Of a stretch of DNA of 64,000 bases, positions 1 through 15,100 are shown piece by piece; the first letter of the stretch is position 1, and each line of letters begins with the position of its first letter. The position numbers were made by a program, and so were the translations under genes. The DNA is taken from the NCBI GenBank assembly GCA_030141605.1, contig JAQGDQ010000451.1, positions 62,001 to 126,000 on the forward strand. Reading direction: 5' to 3'. The stretch comes from Tubiluchus corallicola (Eukaryota > Animalia > Priapulida). A model generated the notes under the pieces. It did no database searches. It saw nothing but the letters and a program-made list of their open reading frames with translations, and had not been told where the DNA came from.

Positions 1-1129
1 CTGCAAGCTAGATTTGTGTTAAGCGTACAAATATGCAGGTCCCTGTAGCAAATGAAAAATGTCACGGTAATAATATGCAGATTAAGTTTAAGTTTACCCC
101 ATCTCTTTTTTTGAAGTTACTGTAGAATAAATGCATACGTAGCAAGTCTCTCACATCCAGTGTGTGTCACTCGTATCTGTAAGTGTTGCCCCGCTTTCAC
201 GCCCAACGTGTTATTTCTCCAGCATTTAAAATGTTAACAGAATAAGTGAAATTGAATGAATTAAATTTTTAAAAAAATTTATCACTTTGCTCGAGTATGC
301 CGTGCTGTGGGTAAAATAGTAACAACAATAATAGTAGAAATCCTCGGTTTGTGCAAAATTACCGCAACAAACAGGTAAGCTAAACTTAGCCAAGAGCTCG
401 TATGCGGCTGTTCTTGTCGACGTTTCTACACACGAATATGTGTAACGAAATTTTCTGATAAAGATGCTAAAACAATTTTTGTTCAGAATTCATAGAAAAT
501 ATTATGCAATGGCCTGTAAATTTACAAAAACACGTAAAAGCCTATGATGATCTGGCATCTTTATTGAAACTTAAGGGTTTCTATACCGGCTTTGTTTCCA
601 AATAAGATTAGCAATGACAAAGTTGATAAAGTATCAGAAGTGCTATATGTGAAAGTTCTATGTGTGTCTTTGCATTCCATACGCTGCACGCGCAAACATT
701 GAAAGTGTTTCTATAATGTAGAATTTTTAAAACCCAAAATCTAATGTTTCAGAACATTGTAATAAGATTTAAAAAGTAGACTTGGTCGTCACTATCATCT
801 GTAAAAGGGTTAGTTTCTATAGGTGACACCAGGGGTTCCTAAATGCTTCCAAAATGTCCTTAACTGATTGCACTTAGCTGGAACTTTATCGAGGGGGTTG
901 CTAACCACAGCAAAAAATTCCCCCTTTCTTTTTAGGAAATCTCCTTTTTAGATCTCCGCAAATGGAAAAGAAGTCTGCTTTGGCGACTTTATCCCCACTA
1001 AAGTATTATTTCAAATGTTACACAACGTACTGGGCCAAAACAACCTGAGGTCAGGTCTGAACAAACAGTGGGATTCCATCGTATATATTAATTTCAGTGG
1101 TAATCTATATATATATATATATATATGGA

Positions 1130-1680
1130 TATATAGCCGACGAGGCTACAGTTGCGATGACCGCACCATTTTCGACGATCCATACATCAAACAAAAAGTC
1201 TCCACCAATAGGTTCGCACCTGGGGGTTTAACCTTCGAATTGGGCTCACTGGAAAGAACGGGGGGAAAAAACCTCCAAAATAGGTCATTTTTTGCTCGTT
1301 TTTGCAAAACTTACATACCTGTTATTTCTAGAGAACGGGAATGTGCCGGGGACGGTGCCAGTAATGGTTAGATAGCCCGTTCAATGCTGGGTGTAACGGT
1401 CATATTTAGATTGAGCGGGAGAGCCACTAATACCTGCTACGGGCATTTTCCCAGATCCCACTCCGGATTTTTTTGAATTTTTGGCCAAACAGCCTGTAGA
1501 AAAAACATTCTAGCAGTGCCTGGTGGGACTCTTGGGTAAACAGGGCTACACGTTGATCTGGGCTGCATTTTAGAACGCTTCTACTGTGAGGAGCTGCGAC
1601 GAGTTGATTGGAGGTTCCATTTCGAGCGATTTTCGCTTGGAAAACTGCTGACGCAAAGTCATTGTTCTGACATCATCTGT
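1130..1680. mobile_element. Unclassified GC-richer interspersed repeat after a (TA)n run
   Basis: TACGGGCATTTTCCC..AAACAGCCT.TAGAAAAA (~1437-1505) recurs at ~55787-55855; starts with hairpin TAGCC-GACGA-GGCTA. Confidence 0.4.
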
Positions 1681-2875
1681 TATAGTCTGCTTATAACCTT
1701 ATAATTTTAATTCAGTAAAAAGCTGCTGCTGGCTTTGCGTTATAAGTGAGGACTATGTAGGGTGTTCGCATATTATTGATTATAAGTGCATTTATATGCA
1801 AAATTTTTAGCGGGGCCTTTGCTAGTCATACTGTTGTTGTTTTAAATGCCTGTATAATGCTTATGGCTTGAATTCTAGAGCGTTGCTTTCTAAATATTAA
1901 AATTTGTCAATAACTGCTTGAAAACATCCAAAGAATGTGGCTGAAGCGTTGCAGAACTGATATTTAACAAAAAAGTTGTGAAAGACAAGAATTTTTGTTC
2001 AAAGAAAAATTGTGATTATGCAAAGTATCACTACAGTGTAGCCAGCCTGCTAACTCATGTATGAAGACTCTAAATGATAACATCATGCATTCAGTCTAAT
2101 GCATTAAACTAAAAAAAAACATCTATTCTTGTTCTCAACATTCGCCATTACTTAACAACTGAGTTAAGTTACAGAAACAGTTCATAGGGAAACAAGATAA
2201 ATTAGGATGTAACAGATATAAATTCACTATTACGCCGTAGAATATTAACAAAATTAACACTATTCTGCTAGATTATTTTTAAGAGCAAAATCATATTCTT
2301 ATATGCAATTCATCATTATTCAACGTAATAATCATCACTAAATTAACCCCTTCTGTTCTCATTATGTACTATATACATGTTTCGAAGAAACTGAAGTCAA
2401 TATATATATATCCATTTTTTCTTTATTTTGAAAAACAAGCAAATGTTTGGAAAGAGGCAGAGATGAACATTTGAGAATTATTTTAATCGAACTGGTTGAA
2501 AATCTGAAAAGAACTACTTCGTTGGAGAGTATTAAGCTACAACTCCAAGTGCGCGTAATGCGTATTCGGACAATAGTGTCACGTCCGAGTGAACACGTAT
2601 CATGCATCAAGCATTACAGATTACTATCATGTCAAGTTAGAATGTTTACATTATTAATCTTTTCAATTTCATGAGAGGGCCTTAGTCTTGTTGCATAAAT
2701 TTTTCCTTAGACGTTGCTTCCCCCCTATAAAAAATCGTAGGGAGTCAAATCTGTAGAATTACAATCCACTTCAGAGGTTTATCAAATTAATATGCAGGTA
2801 ATAATAATCGGTACCACATTGGAACTAACTATTGAATTACTTAAGGTGTTATCCCTAAACTATGTCCTAAAAGAA

Positions 2876-2936
2876 ATTATTATTGTTGTTGCTGTTGCTG
2901 CTGCTGCTGTGGTTGTTGTTGTTGTTGTTGTTGTTG

Positions 2937-2976
<40 letters not shown>
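2876..2976. repeat. Compound (GCT/GTT/ATT)n microsatellite
   Basis: Seen directly. Confidence 0.95.
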
Positions 2977-3115
2977 GCATTAGTATTGAAACTCATACAA
3001 GTATGAACAATTATTTTCTCCAAATATTTCTGGAAACTAGGTAACCAAGAAAAAAGTGCTCCATTTCGATAACGTTGTTTTCAAAGAAACGATAAAGAAA
3101 CCTACGTCTACTTAC

Positions 3116-6100
3116 CGCAGCAAAATATCCGTACCCACGAACGGCAATAGCAACGTCTTTCGAGTCGCTGTTACTATCCAAAATTGCTCGAAATTCCTGG
3201 ATAAAATACTAAACAAACAGAAAAACAAAATGTCATGAAGCAGTCTGGTAGACAAGCACCAGGAAAGAGAAAAACAAATAAAAAATGCCTCGTTTCAAAA
3301 AAATATCACTTTTTGAATTAATTCTCAAATGAGTTAAGCATTCTAAATAAATTAACATTATCTCAAGTTTCGTAAAATCATTTTTTATCTACTCAGTGAC
3401 GCAAAGTCGAGTGGTCACAGTGTGCCCCTAGGAATAGCAACCGAAGTTAAGCAACACCAAGACTAGATAATGAATGTATGAGTAACCACAGGGTTTAATA
3501 CTCAATCTGGGTAGAGAATCTCTGTTTAACTTCAGTGAAGAAGAGGGTGTATTCACATCTGAACGTGGTGAAGACGCCCCTGCCAATTCAGCATCTAATC
3601 CTAGAAAATTAGCTTTGGTAACGAAACTAAATTTCAGTCTCCGAACCTTGAGTAACCAACACCGATTTGGCTCTGTTGCTAAGCGACAGACAAGAAAAAA
3701 CAGAGAATTTTGATGGGAGTTACTAAGCAAAATGAGATAAAATTCTTACTATTACCAGTGTGTTTTTGCATCTCTACACAAATACTGAAAAAAAATAATA
3801 ATATACCAGGAAAAGCAAAATGTTGAAGATGGAAAAACAAAAACCCTCTATAATTAGGACTGCTAAGTAACAGCTTACCTTGAAAACTGTAGCATTTCTC
3901 CTGTTATTTCCACTAGTGTCTGCCACCAAAGCTTCTGATATCTGTGCAAAGAAGAAAGTAGCTTATATATAATGTCAGCTAAGGTGGTACCACATCAAAC
4001 ACTTATAATGATTTGCTCTGCTTCAACAAAAACTGAGCTTTTCTTTCATACTTAAACAGAAATCACAGTCAACTTAGGAACCAATGATAAGAAGTGCTGT
4101 GCAGTGATATGACTGCTGCAAATTCTAAGCTATTGCAGTTATTACTAGCACCAGCTACAATGTCACCAGCTATTAAGTAAGTACCTATTTTGCTAGAATC
4201 TTCAATATGGGCAACCTGTTCTGTTCAAGAAGTGCATGTCAGAGAACGAACCTTATCCAAATGATTTCCACTATTTCCGTGCATGTACTTCTTAGTCTTA
4301 GGATGTCAGGGTGAATGATTAAGAATTACGTATTTTTGATTCAATATGCTAGTTTTTCAGTTACATATTGACCAATACAATTTAATAATTAGCAACAACC
4401 AGACACAGTTTTCTAGATATTTTGCTGGCCGGACTAATGAAAATGCATGACGCATCTTTGCACTAATTTAAGGAGTTACCACTAGGGGCACCACTAATAA
4501 AAACTACAAAATGTTAATAATGATCTGGCCAAGAAAGCTTACACCATTACGGCGTTACCTGTTTCAGAATTGATTCAAGGCACATGTGTCCAGCATGCTT
4601 CATCTCCCTGTTATAATGACGTGACCAGAATTTTACCTTTTCATAGATTTTCTGAAAGAGAAATACTGTCACTTACATACACTTCCCAATAGTTATTCCA
4701 TCCAGGAAATTATTGCACACGAAATGTTGCAATAGAGATCAGTAGATGAAACCTAAACATACGGCTTAGCAATCATCCAGAAATAGTAGTTTTTATCATT
4801 ACATGTACTTAGGCTCAGTGTTGGTAGTAATGCGTTATTGTAATCAGATTACCTTTTATAGTAATGACTAATGTTATGCAATTATTCTGCTTAATCTTGT
4901 AATCAAATTACTTGATACTTTGGCAGTACCACCACTAAATCTGTGTTACTTATCTATCCAAGAATAACAGTTTAAATTTTGATTGTTTACATGCCTTCCT
5001 GTTATTTATCTCTGCCATGCAATGCCTGGGTGCACATTGTGGTTTATTAGTTTGCTTAAATAATAACCTCATTTGACATTGACGGACTGCTTGATAAGAA
5101 TTTCTATAGCTGTAGCTGATTAAAGACAAAAGGCAAGATTTATTTACCGTCACTCTTTTAGCAGACAACATTAGTACTAATGACTATTTAGCGACTTACA
5201 CTTAAAACAATACAGGTAAGGTCGCAATACACAAATAACATGTAGGTTATATGCTGTGGCGTTGCAGCCGCTAAAATCGAACTCAAATCTGTGTGGTTGC
5301 GGTCCGAAATCTAGACCACTCAGCCCCACAACCCAGGACATGATTGTTTAATACACCTTTGCCCAGGCAAGTTACATGGCTGAATGCTATTATGTATGCA
5401 CAATTGTTTGCAAGGGATGCAGAAGACAAAGATCAAACTTCATCCTAAACTCAGCAAGCAGGAGCTTTTGTCAAATGGCAACATGGCCATTTTTTTAATT
5501 TTGTAAATGCTAAAAAAACTAAATATAACAGAGCAGCACACAATGTGTGCAGAAAATAACTGCTATTTATATCTAAACACTCTAGGTTGCAGTGAATTTT
5601 GCTAAAAAATTGTGAAGTGAGTTAACTTAACGACAGAAGCAACGATTTCACTAAAGCGAACGATCTAAGCAATGCACATCGGTAAAGCATCACTCCTCCA
5701 ACTAGCGCACACAAGTAATGAGCAATGAGTAAGGGGTTGCACTTGCTAAAACTAATCAGTAATGAGTAATTTGATTAAAGTTTTTCTGAAGTAATTAGCA
5801 ATCATGACAGATTACTTTTCAGAAGTAACAAACCTAACGCTGCTTACATCACACTTATGGAGATGTTAACACCCAGCATTTGTGTTAAAGTACAAATGGC
5901 TACTTATGTTTAACAAAGTACAGTAATTTCAATCCAACTTACGCTATAATCTTCAATGAGAAACTGACTGAACTGTGCAGCATGCTTCTCTAAAAGTCCA
6001 AGACCAGATTTGGGCACCTCGTAACGCACGATGTCTGTTACAGAGAATGCGTTCACAGCGCTGTCATAGATGTCACGTGCATATCTTGCTCCTGATCATG

Positions 6101-9100
6101 TCATAATAAAATGGTAAAAAATGGCATTTGTGGTAAAATTGGAAAAAAATGTGTTTTTAAAACATAGAATTATTCATATTTGGCAAATAAGTTTAACTTT
6201 TTCAAAATAGAATTTTATTGCCAGCCAAACTCGAACAATTACTGTTCATTTTCAAGGCATCCAAAAACAAAATCGTGTCTAATCAAAACAGCAAAGATGA
6301 GTATGTGCACTCTCTACTGCTGAGGGGCACTTGAGCAAATACAACATCAGTGCATTTTGTTTTGGGGAGATCAGTGACAAAATGGCAGCTCACTGATTCT
6401 GAAATTGACAGTTCTGTTACAACTAACATAATATTTTGTTTGTGGAGTGGTAAAATAATTTCATACTAATGAAGATGTGTAGGTCTGTAAGTTAAATTGT
6501 TAAATTATCGGTATATATGTGTATATCAAACAATATTTGGTTATTTCCTACTTAAGTGTACTTCTGTGTTGTTTCTACATTCTGGTAAAATTTCATTGTT
6601 TTCAGAGCCTTGAAAATGAACAGAAATTATATGAAACCTGTTAAAAATAAAATTCTATTTTTAAAATACATATATGTTAACCCTTTCAAACCCGTTGTAT
6701 CCTGTGGGATACGAGAATATTTTTTGCCTTTAAAATTAATAAAATTTTAAAACTGATAGTTATTTGCTCTGTTAATAGTTATTTTGATTTAAGCCAATAA
6801 CAATGGACTAAAAATGGTGATAAAATGGCAAACTAGAAAATCTACATAGCATAAAAAACTGCGCAAGGTACAGTACTTTAGAGACGACTTTGTACAGATT
6901 AGCGTAGCGTGCATACTAAATGTCTTAAATACTTTAAAAAATTATCAGCAGTTATAGAATGAAGCACATTTTTTGCTTTTGTTGTGTTTTTAAAAAAGTC
7001 GAACTTTGTTTTTTTGCACATGACAAAGAATGTTGTGTATCCCACAGGATACATTGGGAACAAACGGTTGTAATTCACTTTCATAATAATTATTATGTGT
7101 AAACAAGATGGACATACTGAACAAAAGTACCAAGCCAAAAATTTTTTCTTATTAAAAAATAATTTGGGACTGAAAGGGTTAAACTACTTATTGCTCAAAA
7201 AACTCATATCTACTACTAAACTCAAAGCACTGAAAATACCGCACATTCAGACAACCCAGTGAGCTAATTAACTCTAGGGCAGTACAGGATACCTTCTTCG
7301 GCAGAATGAGTAAAAGTAGTCAAGTAGGACGTCAACCCCAACAAACACCCGACAATAACCGGCATGTCAGGTTTCTTTGATTGTGATTTCATCTATAATA
7401 AAGAAACATAATAATTAACACAAACTAATGAGCTAGTTCTGGCCTCTGCTCTATTCTCTTTAGTCAATTCTGTAGCACTACCGCTCTTGTAAGCATCTTT
7501 TATCTAAAATGATTGGGGAATGGTGAAATACTACGCTGATCAGTAATCTCCGAACTGCATCACAAGCATCAACCCATAAATAAGATTATAGGATGATTTC
7601 TGATTGTTCTCCACCTGCATTTTTACTATCATTGCCTGGATATTCACTCTAAGAAAAACTGATAACTCTGTGATAATTAGCTAATGGCTCAATCCCAAAT
7701 GTGATGCAGCAGAGAAGTGACTGCAAATACTCTTTTTTATTTTGCCCGCTTCACTGGGAGAATTTGGATCAAGTTGGTATGGTCTGGCAATTAAACAATT
7801 ATGCTGCGGTTCTAACATAACCGAATGATCACTTCTACTTGTCCTCAGCCACCTCAGAAAAACAGAGAACATTGAGGCAAACAATATTTAAGCAGAATAA
7901 ACAAAGCAGTCAGCTATTAAACACTCCAAACTGTAATCGAAACATTACATTTTGCGACGTGAAGAGGACACATAGAATCATTGTTCGCACCTGTATTTTC
8001 AGTTCCGTAACGTATATTCCGAGAAGTTTCTCCGAGTAGGAGACCATCAACTCTGGATAAAATTCGGCAATCACTCCAAGCAAGTGGTACAGCTCTTTTT
8101 TAACTGCAAAAAGTGATACTACTAGATAAAATGTAGCATACAAAAAAATGGTAATGGTTGTTAAAAATAAACTGCAATGGTTTATGATTCTGGAAAAACA
8201 CAGTCATAATCTAATTAAAAATGGGTGTTCTTTGTTCAAAATTAAATGCAATTTTTCCCAGCTTTTTAGGATTTTACTTTTTCATTTCTGTTTTATCGCT
8301 ATAAGGAATCAATCATTTCTTAACACCCGTACAGGATTGTATGGTTCTTTTTCTGCACATTGTCTCTTGCTTTTTTGTATAACTATGCTTGAGATTAACA
8401 CAAATGTTTAGGTTATTCGATTTTTTTGTCAAAATTTCCTTGGCAGAAACAAAAAAATGGAAGTTTAAATCGCAACTAAAAAAAGAAAAAATACATATTT
8501 TTGATAATAATAGACACACTATAATAAATAATAATAAAAGAATAATTCAATTTATTTCCATTTTATGGATGAAATCTATAAACGCTAAAGAACAAACTGA
8601 AACGAAAGTAAGAATAGTCTGTTGTGAATCTTGGCCATCTTACTGTTAACTAAAAAACACATCAACATAAATCGTAAACCAATCGTGTATTCTAAACCAT
8701 GCTAACACCACAAGTTAATAAATAAGTACTCCAATTTAATGAAGATTAGATTAGATTAGATTAAGTTTCATTCGCCTCATTTAAATTTACACATATAATA
8801 ACATACGTTTCTTTAAGCTGATAAACACTACATTGAGACGGGGGGCGAAAGACCAACAGGTCATCTAGCAGCCACCCCTATTTTTACGACATTAATATTT
8901 AGTTAGCAGCATGTTGCGAGATATGTTTAATAGTTATATATATTATGAATTTACAATAAAAATTGTGTTAGTAACTAAAGAAATATATGTATTCGTTATC
9001 AATATCTAATTTACTTAAAGTTAGTAAATCTTTTGTTAGTGTATGCAAAATAACAGATAAACTAAAATGAAAATGCCTTACACGATTATAATAGACATAA

Positions 9101-12100
9101 CACAGTAGCACAAGACTTTAACAGTTGACAAACAGACAATTCAAACAGGTCAAAAAATCAATCAATCACAGTTTCACAACATTAACAACATTTACAGCAG
9201 ATTATGAAGATAATAATAATCCTCCATCCACTACAAGAACCAAATAAAAACAAACAAATAAGAAGATTACTTGTTGCTGTAGGTTTGGGAGATTTATTTA
9301 ACTCCGTAAACAATCTATTGACTATGGTTTCAACTTCAAGACTAGTTTGGACAACAGTTCCCCTTGACAATTCCAATATCTAGAAAAACAAAAGAATAAA
9401 AAAACTTACTAATATCATCGCATTAATTTAGATAAATATTAATCAAAATAGAATAAACCACTTGTCTTAATCAGCAGCTTATGTTTCACAAGCAGACAAT
9501 GTAAATGTACATTGCGCAAATGAGTTTATCTACTACAAAAAATTTGACACTTCTGATTGGCTGAAATGCATCACTTTGCAGTATAACACTGACACAAGAC
9601 CTCTATCGCATGGTTCTTAGTATCTAAACAGTGCCATAAACAGTCGAAACTATTTTTTGATTGGTTAGTTAAACAACACTAAAATGCAGCTCCTACTGGT
9701 CTACGCTGAAATATAATTATTGCAGCGTAGCACCTGTACAAGTGGTCAACATTTCAGACTTGCAGTCTTGAGTTCGAGTCTAGCGGCTGCCACCGCCAGG
9801 ACACATACCCTACATGTTATTCGTTGTTTTTGTGTGTTGCATCCTTACCTGTATTGTTGTAAGTATAAGTGGCTAAATAGTCATTAGTGTTAATGTTGTC
9901 TGTTAAATGAGTGACGGTTAATAAATCTCGTCTTCGTCTAAGTGTAGCAAAGTTACTACGGTCGAAAAGTAGCGTCGAATAGTTAATGGTTCATGACACT
10001 ATTGAATACTAGGCAAATAATAATCCAAGACTGAATAATGACTTATATGCATAAGAAATTATATTTTTACTTTATTTCGTGTATTTACAATATAATGTTT
10101 AGTTGTTAAATGTAGAATTTTTCCTAATACGTGACGAATAAAACACACAGTCATTCAACAAGTGATATTATTCCACCACTGCAAAACAGTAACCTTAGAA
10201 CCTTGACTTACAGTGCCATCTGGGGAGTAAAATAAGCGAAATGAACTTCCTGACTTTCTATGGAAACAACATTGAGAATCAAGGTTATCTTTAGCTGTAG
10301 TGACAGTGGTGGAATAATTGTGATAGCATGTTTATTTTTTAATGGATCTGAACCAAAGTACAGAATGTGTAATTCTTCACCAAGTTGTTGTTGTTGTTGT
10401 TATTGTTACATTTATCTTTGACAGCTATTACAGGCCATAGTTTCCATCTAGAGCGGCGAAAAATTTGCATGAAGATATCACGAAGAATTGCACAGACCTA
10501 ACAGAATCCAATATGGTCACTATTGTGATGTCATCACTATATCAAATTGTTAATAAACTACCCTAAAGAAGCATCAGAACGTTACAATAGGATTTGGTTA
10601 AATAGAAATTGTGTAATTCCAATGTGGGCACTACTGTCAATCCACAGGTCGTGGGTTCAACCCCTGCAATCAGAGCATACTGGACCCAAGCAGGTTATTT
10701 CTTTTTTTTGCCTTATTATTGATGACATTATTATTATTATTAGTAGCAGTATTATTATTATTATAATTATTATTACCACTACTATGCATATTTTATAAAA
10801 CTTTTTAAACATATTTACGAGAAAAATCCATAATGCTGATTATGAAGATCCTTGATTTATGCTTACCAGCTTCAGTATGGGAAATGCATTCTTTCTGACG
10901 TCTACACTTTTATCTCTGCTCAACACAGACATACACGTATTCTGAAAAATACGTAAAAGTTTGCAGAACAACAATAATGTTTATCAATTACTGATTATTG
11001 AGCGAATCATAATTCCCTTAACTGTCGTTCAATTTGCACGTTCAGATGACCGATTGGTGAATAAAAATGGACATTAGCCAATAAAAACTAAAAACTGACC
11101 AAAAAAATTAATTTTGACTAATTAAAACTTAAAAAAGACTAATCAAGACACTAACATGTAGCCTTTCTATATTGTAGAAAGTCAAGTAATTATTGAATTT
11201 AGCAGTATTTTAAACAAATCTAGTATGCAACATACTTACATTTGAAGAGAAGATACATTAGAAATTGAAAGGATTGGCTAATAGTTAAATTTTCAATTCA
11301 ATTTCACTTTCAATTTATTGCTCAAATACATATAATGTACATCGGCAAAACACAATACAACGCATACATATTGATTCGTATGAGTTTTGTGCGAAGATTT
11401 ATTTTCAGTGATAGTAATAATAATAATTTACATTTTTGGTTTAATTTGTATATTAGCATTGATAAGTTAGCTACTTCATTAAGAAGTACACTGATACAAA
11501 ATCACAATTAAATATCACATTTTTCAGCAATGAAAGAAAAAAAGGACATAAGAGCAGCATCTGTTTCAGCTATTTAAATAAAAGTTTAGAAACAATAAAT
11601 ATTGAAAGTGTTAAAAATAATTATGATCAAAGTAAAGCTGATTTCTTCTTCCCTGGGGGATCGGAGTAGTTGTTGTCGACTCAAGGTATAACAGGTTCAG
11701 AAGAACCTATGTTAAAACCGCTCCACAAAAGATTTCATCGTTTGGTACAAATTAGCATACCACGCTCATTAAGTTTTTTGTCGATTATCAATAAAAAGGA
11801 AAAAAAAGCCATGAATATGGATGAATGTCGAGGATGATTAATGAAGGCGATTTAAAATGACGCAAAAGTGAGGTACTTAGAGTACTTAATAAGTTATAAC
11901 AAGTCATGACTATAGATGACCAAGATCATATGAATCGTTTAGTATGAATAACGAATTGAATAGCCAATAAAATAATATCATTAAGTGCCACTGGATAAGA
12001 CCAATTTCCAAACAGCAATATGTTAACATAATTATGAGTGTGAGCTGAAAACAGATTGATAATGTCAATACGTGAGTTGTGATAGAGGACATTGGAGAAA

Positions 12101-15100
12101 GTATTGACTAAGATCTTCTGAAGAATCTTCACACCGGCAATGTGGAGAAGCAGCTATGTGATTAGCACACATATGACTACAACCCCGCCTCATCTTAGCA
12201 AGGTGAACTTGACCAGTGAAGTTGTCTATCATGTTTTTAAATTGTTTTAGTGAAGATGCATTTTTCAAATTGTCTGGAAGTTTATTCCACAGGTTAAAGC
12301 AAAACCGGACCCAATCTTAAATATAGGACAAAACAATCTACACTTTAAAATATTGAAAGGAAACATACTGTTTTTTCAAAAATGACTTACGTGAAAGATT
12401 TATTACCACACAAACACAATTTCGCGTTCAAGTCACTAGTTCTTCGCTGTTAAATGCATTTTGCCATTCACTAGTTAGACAGGCACTAGTGCCTGCATTT
12501 TGGAAATGCATTGCACAAAAAACTGGCGCTGTACCTCTCAATTCAGATGTGTTAGTCTGTGACAAACTACACATGTTCAACAGCTCATGTGAGCATAGCG
12601 GTAAATTTAAAATTAGAATTTTTATCTGAAAACTTGCCTAGTTTTAGTACAACACACTTAATATCTTGCAGTAGCACTGTACTTCAATTTTTGCTCTCGT
12701 AAACACGTGCAACACGCTCACGGAATATTTTTGTTGTTTAAATTATGTTAATTTGTGATGTCATCAATAGTTGGGCTCACCCGCCATTAATTAAGTTTTT
12801 AATCTGTTATTTAATTATCAGAAACGCTTTTGCAGTATTAATTATGTTGAGACGTATACTTTTTATCGATTTGAAAATGGGGTAGTATGTGAAAAATCAT
12901 GTCGTTTTTGTATAGCAAAATGACGCGAGTTGCATAAAGCATAATTACAAATGGTAGGAGGCAGAATACTGATTAAATAGTGAGGGGTCATACCATTTAG
13001 CATCTTATAAGTTTGGATGAGCTTGAGACGTTATCTTTGAAATTTTAATGGTATAAACTTCATTATACAAAAGACTGTGGGTAAATGATTATTTACCTTT
13101 ATATCCACTGCGTATGGCAGAACCTTTTTATCAATGTCATGTATGAACTTGCATAGAAACTGTAGTAGTTCACTCTTTGCAAGTTTCAACTAGAAAACAT
13201 AATAAAGCAGATTTGTGTTCAGTGCGTCATTTTGGCTTTATATACAATGAATCAGCAGAATGAAAATTTTTCAAAAAAAAATAACAATAGAAGTAGGAAA
13301 CCACTGCAAAAACATATTGAGCATTTATTGGATTAAAATAAATAAGGGTCGAATAATCCACATAGATACTGTTACACAGGTACGTGTAAATGTACAAAAT
13401 TTAGCTAATTTGACTTCATTTTAATTTTAATTCAATTTCAGCAACGATAATGGTAAAATGTCATATTGTCCATCCATTGCTAAATTGCTGAAAAAAGTTT
13501 GCAACTATGCGATCATCATTAGATTAGATATGTTTTAGAAGTAACACACCCCCAAAAAAGCTGCAGACTGTCCCTCTCCAGGACTTTCATCATTAGAAAC
13601 ATTTTGTGCATTTGCAAAATTCTGAACAAATTATGTGAGTAGCTGGGTGGGCCGCCCATGAAATGTAAGTAGCCCTACTACAGGCAGCAGCACTTTCGAA
13701 CAAAGAACCCAACCCCTAACGACTCAGTTCTAATTGCGTTTCAGTTGTATCAAACAAACAGAAATAAAAGTTTTGCGAAAAATGGGCAAAAATGGACTAA
13801 GGTGCATGTTGTACAAGGCATGGCCTCCTAGCAAACAAACTACACTTTACTACATTAATTTAAGACACTCGCAGTAGATGGAGCTTCGAAATTACTAGTG
13901 CCTTGCATTTCATCCTCATTAAATTAAGTAATAACTGATGAACATGATAGCCTTTGATGCTCGTTATTTCACTGAATCAAAAAATTAACCCTTAATGAGG
14001 TGACATGCGATAGAGACTGTAAAAACGTTACATGTCCAAAACAGCGGCCATTTGGGAAGAGCAGGTAAAAAATTGCCACATATATAGAGATATAATAGAG
14101 ATATTATTATATCTCTATGTGTGCTTGCAAACCAATATGTATGCTTGCAAACCAAAATCCTCTCCAAGTTGGCATAATTAATGATGCTTCAAAGTAGAAT
14201 GCACCACAAATTTGGTCAAATGTTAATTTTATAAGAACATAGACATAGACATAGAACATTTATTTTCTCCAATTTGTTTGACATAAAAAGTTTTTTAAAT
14301 ATTACGTAATTATAATCGTGGAGCAGGGCAGGGAAGGACCATAGGGTCATCTAGTCTCCTGCCCTGTCTTATAATTAGATTAGTATATTAAAAATAAATG
14401 GTGAGGCTGCAGATAACAAAAACAAAAACAAATAAGAAAAAATAATAATAAAAAACAGTATAAATGATACAAATTATCAAAAAAGAAGTGAAAACAAAAA
14501 AGAATAAAGCTAGATACCTAAATCTAAACAAAACAATACAATTAATCAGTAATTATGATTATTATATATAGTATTTTCAAATAGGGGTCTTATTAACAGG
14601 GGAATTTGACCAAGGTTAGGAACAAATGCTAAATCTATTGGACTTTAATACCCTAGCATAAACTTGTCAAGAAAATGTTTAAAAAATACTAAAAATTTAA
14701 TTTTATAACCCTGTTCTCACTTTTCTGTCTATAAACTAGTACTACAATTGAGAAAAACTTGTATTTTCAAACTCCGATAGTAGCTCGTGGAAGCAATCAT
14801 TTTGCTTCTGCTTTTTCTGTTACCAAGCTCAGATCTTCGCCAGGAAAGGCCATCTACTGGGTTTAAACATAACTCCAATGTGTTCTTGCAAAGTCTGTAG
14901 CAATCAACATTTGAGTGGTTGCTAAAGTGTTTTTGTAGAAATGCGACAAAAGACAATGGCTGACTTTAACAGTGATTATCTCAAGATCATGTTTTCAGTG
15001 CATAGCCTGCACCTCAAATTCAACGTGGATTATCTCAGCTTAGAAACAACATACAGTGATGAACTTGGTATCAAAATGATCCTGATGAAATGGCGATTCA

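Noticed and set aside
1-3115. Next PRKDC exon
   Set aside because: No segment resembling the expected continuation with valid splice sites was found by eye; it probably lies outside the window or was missed.
4637-4651. 15-nt PRKDC micro-exon (KIYEK|GTAAAA)
   Set aside because: The frame continues through VKFWSRHYNREMKHAG..ESILKQ to a donor at 4558, matching the homologue, so it is one 93-nt exon.
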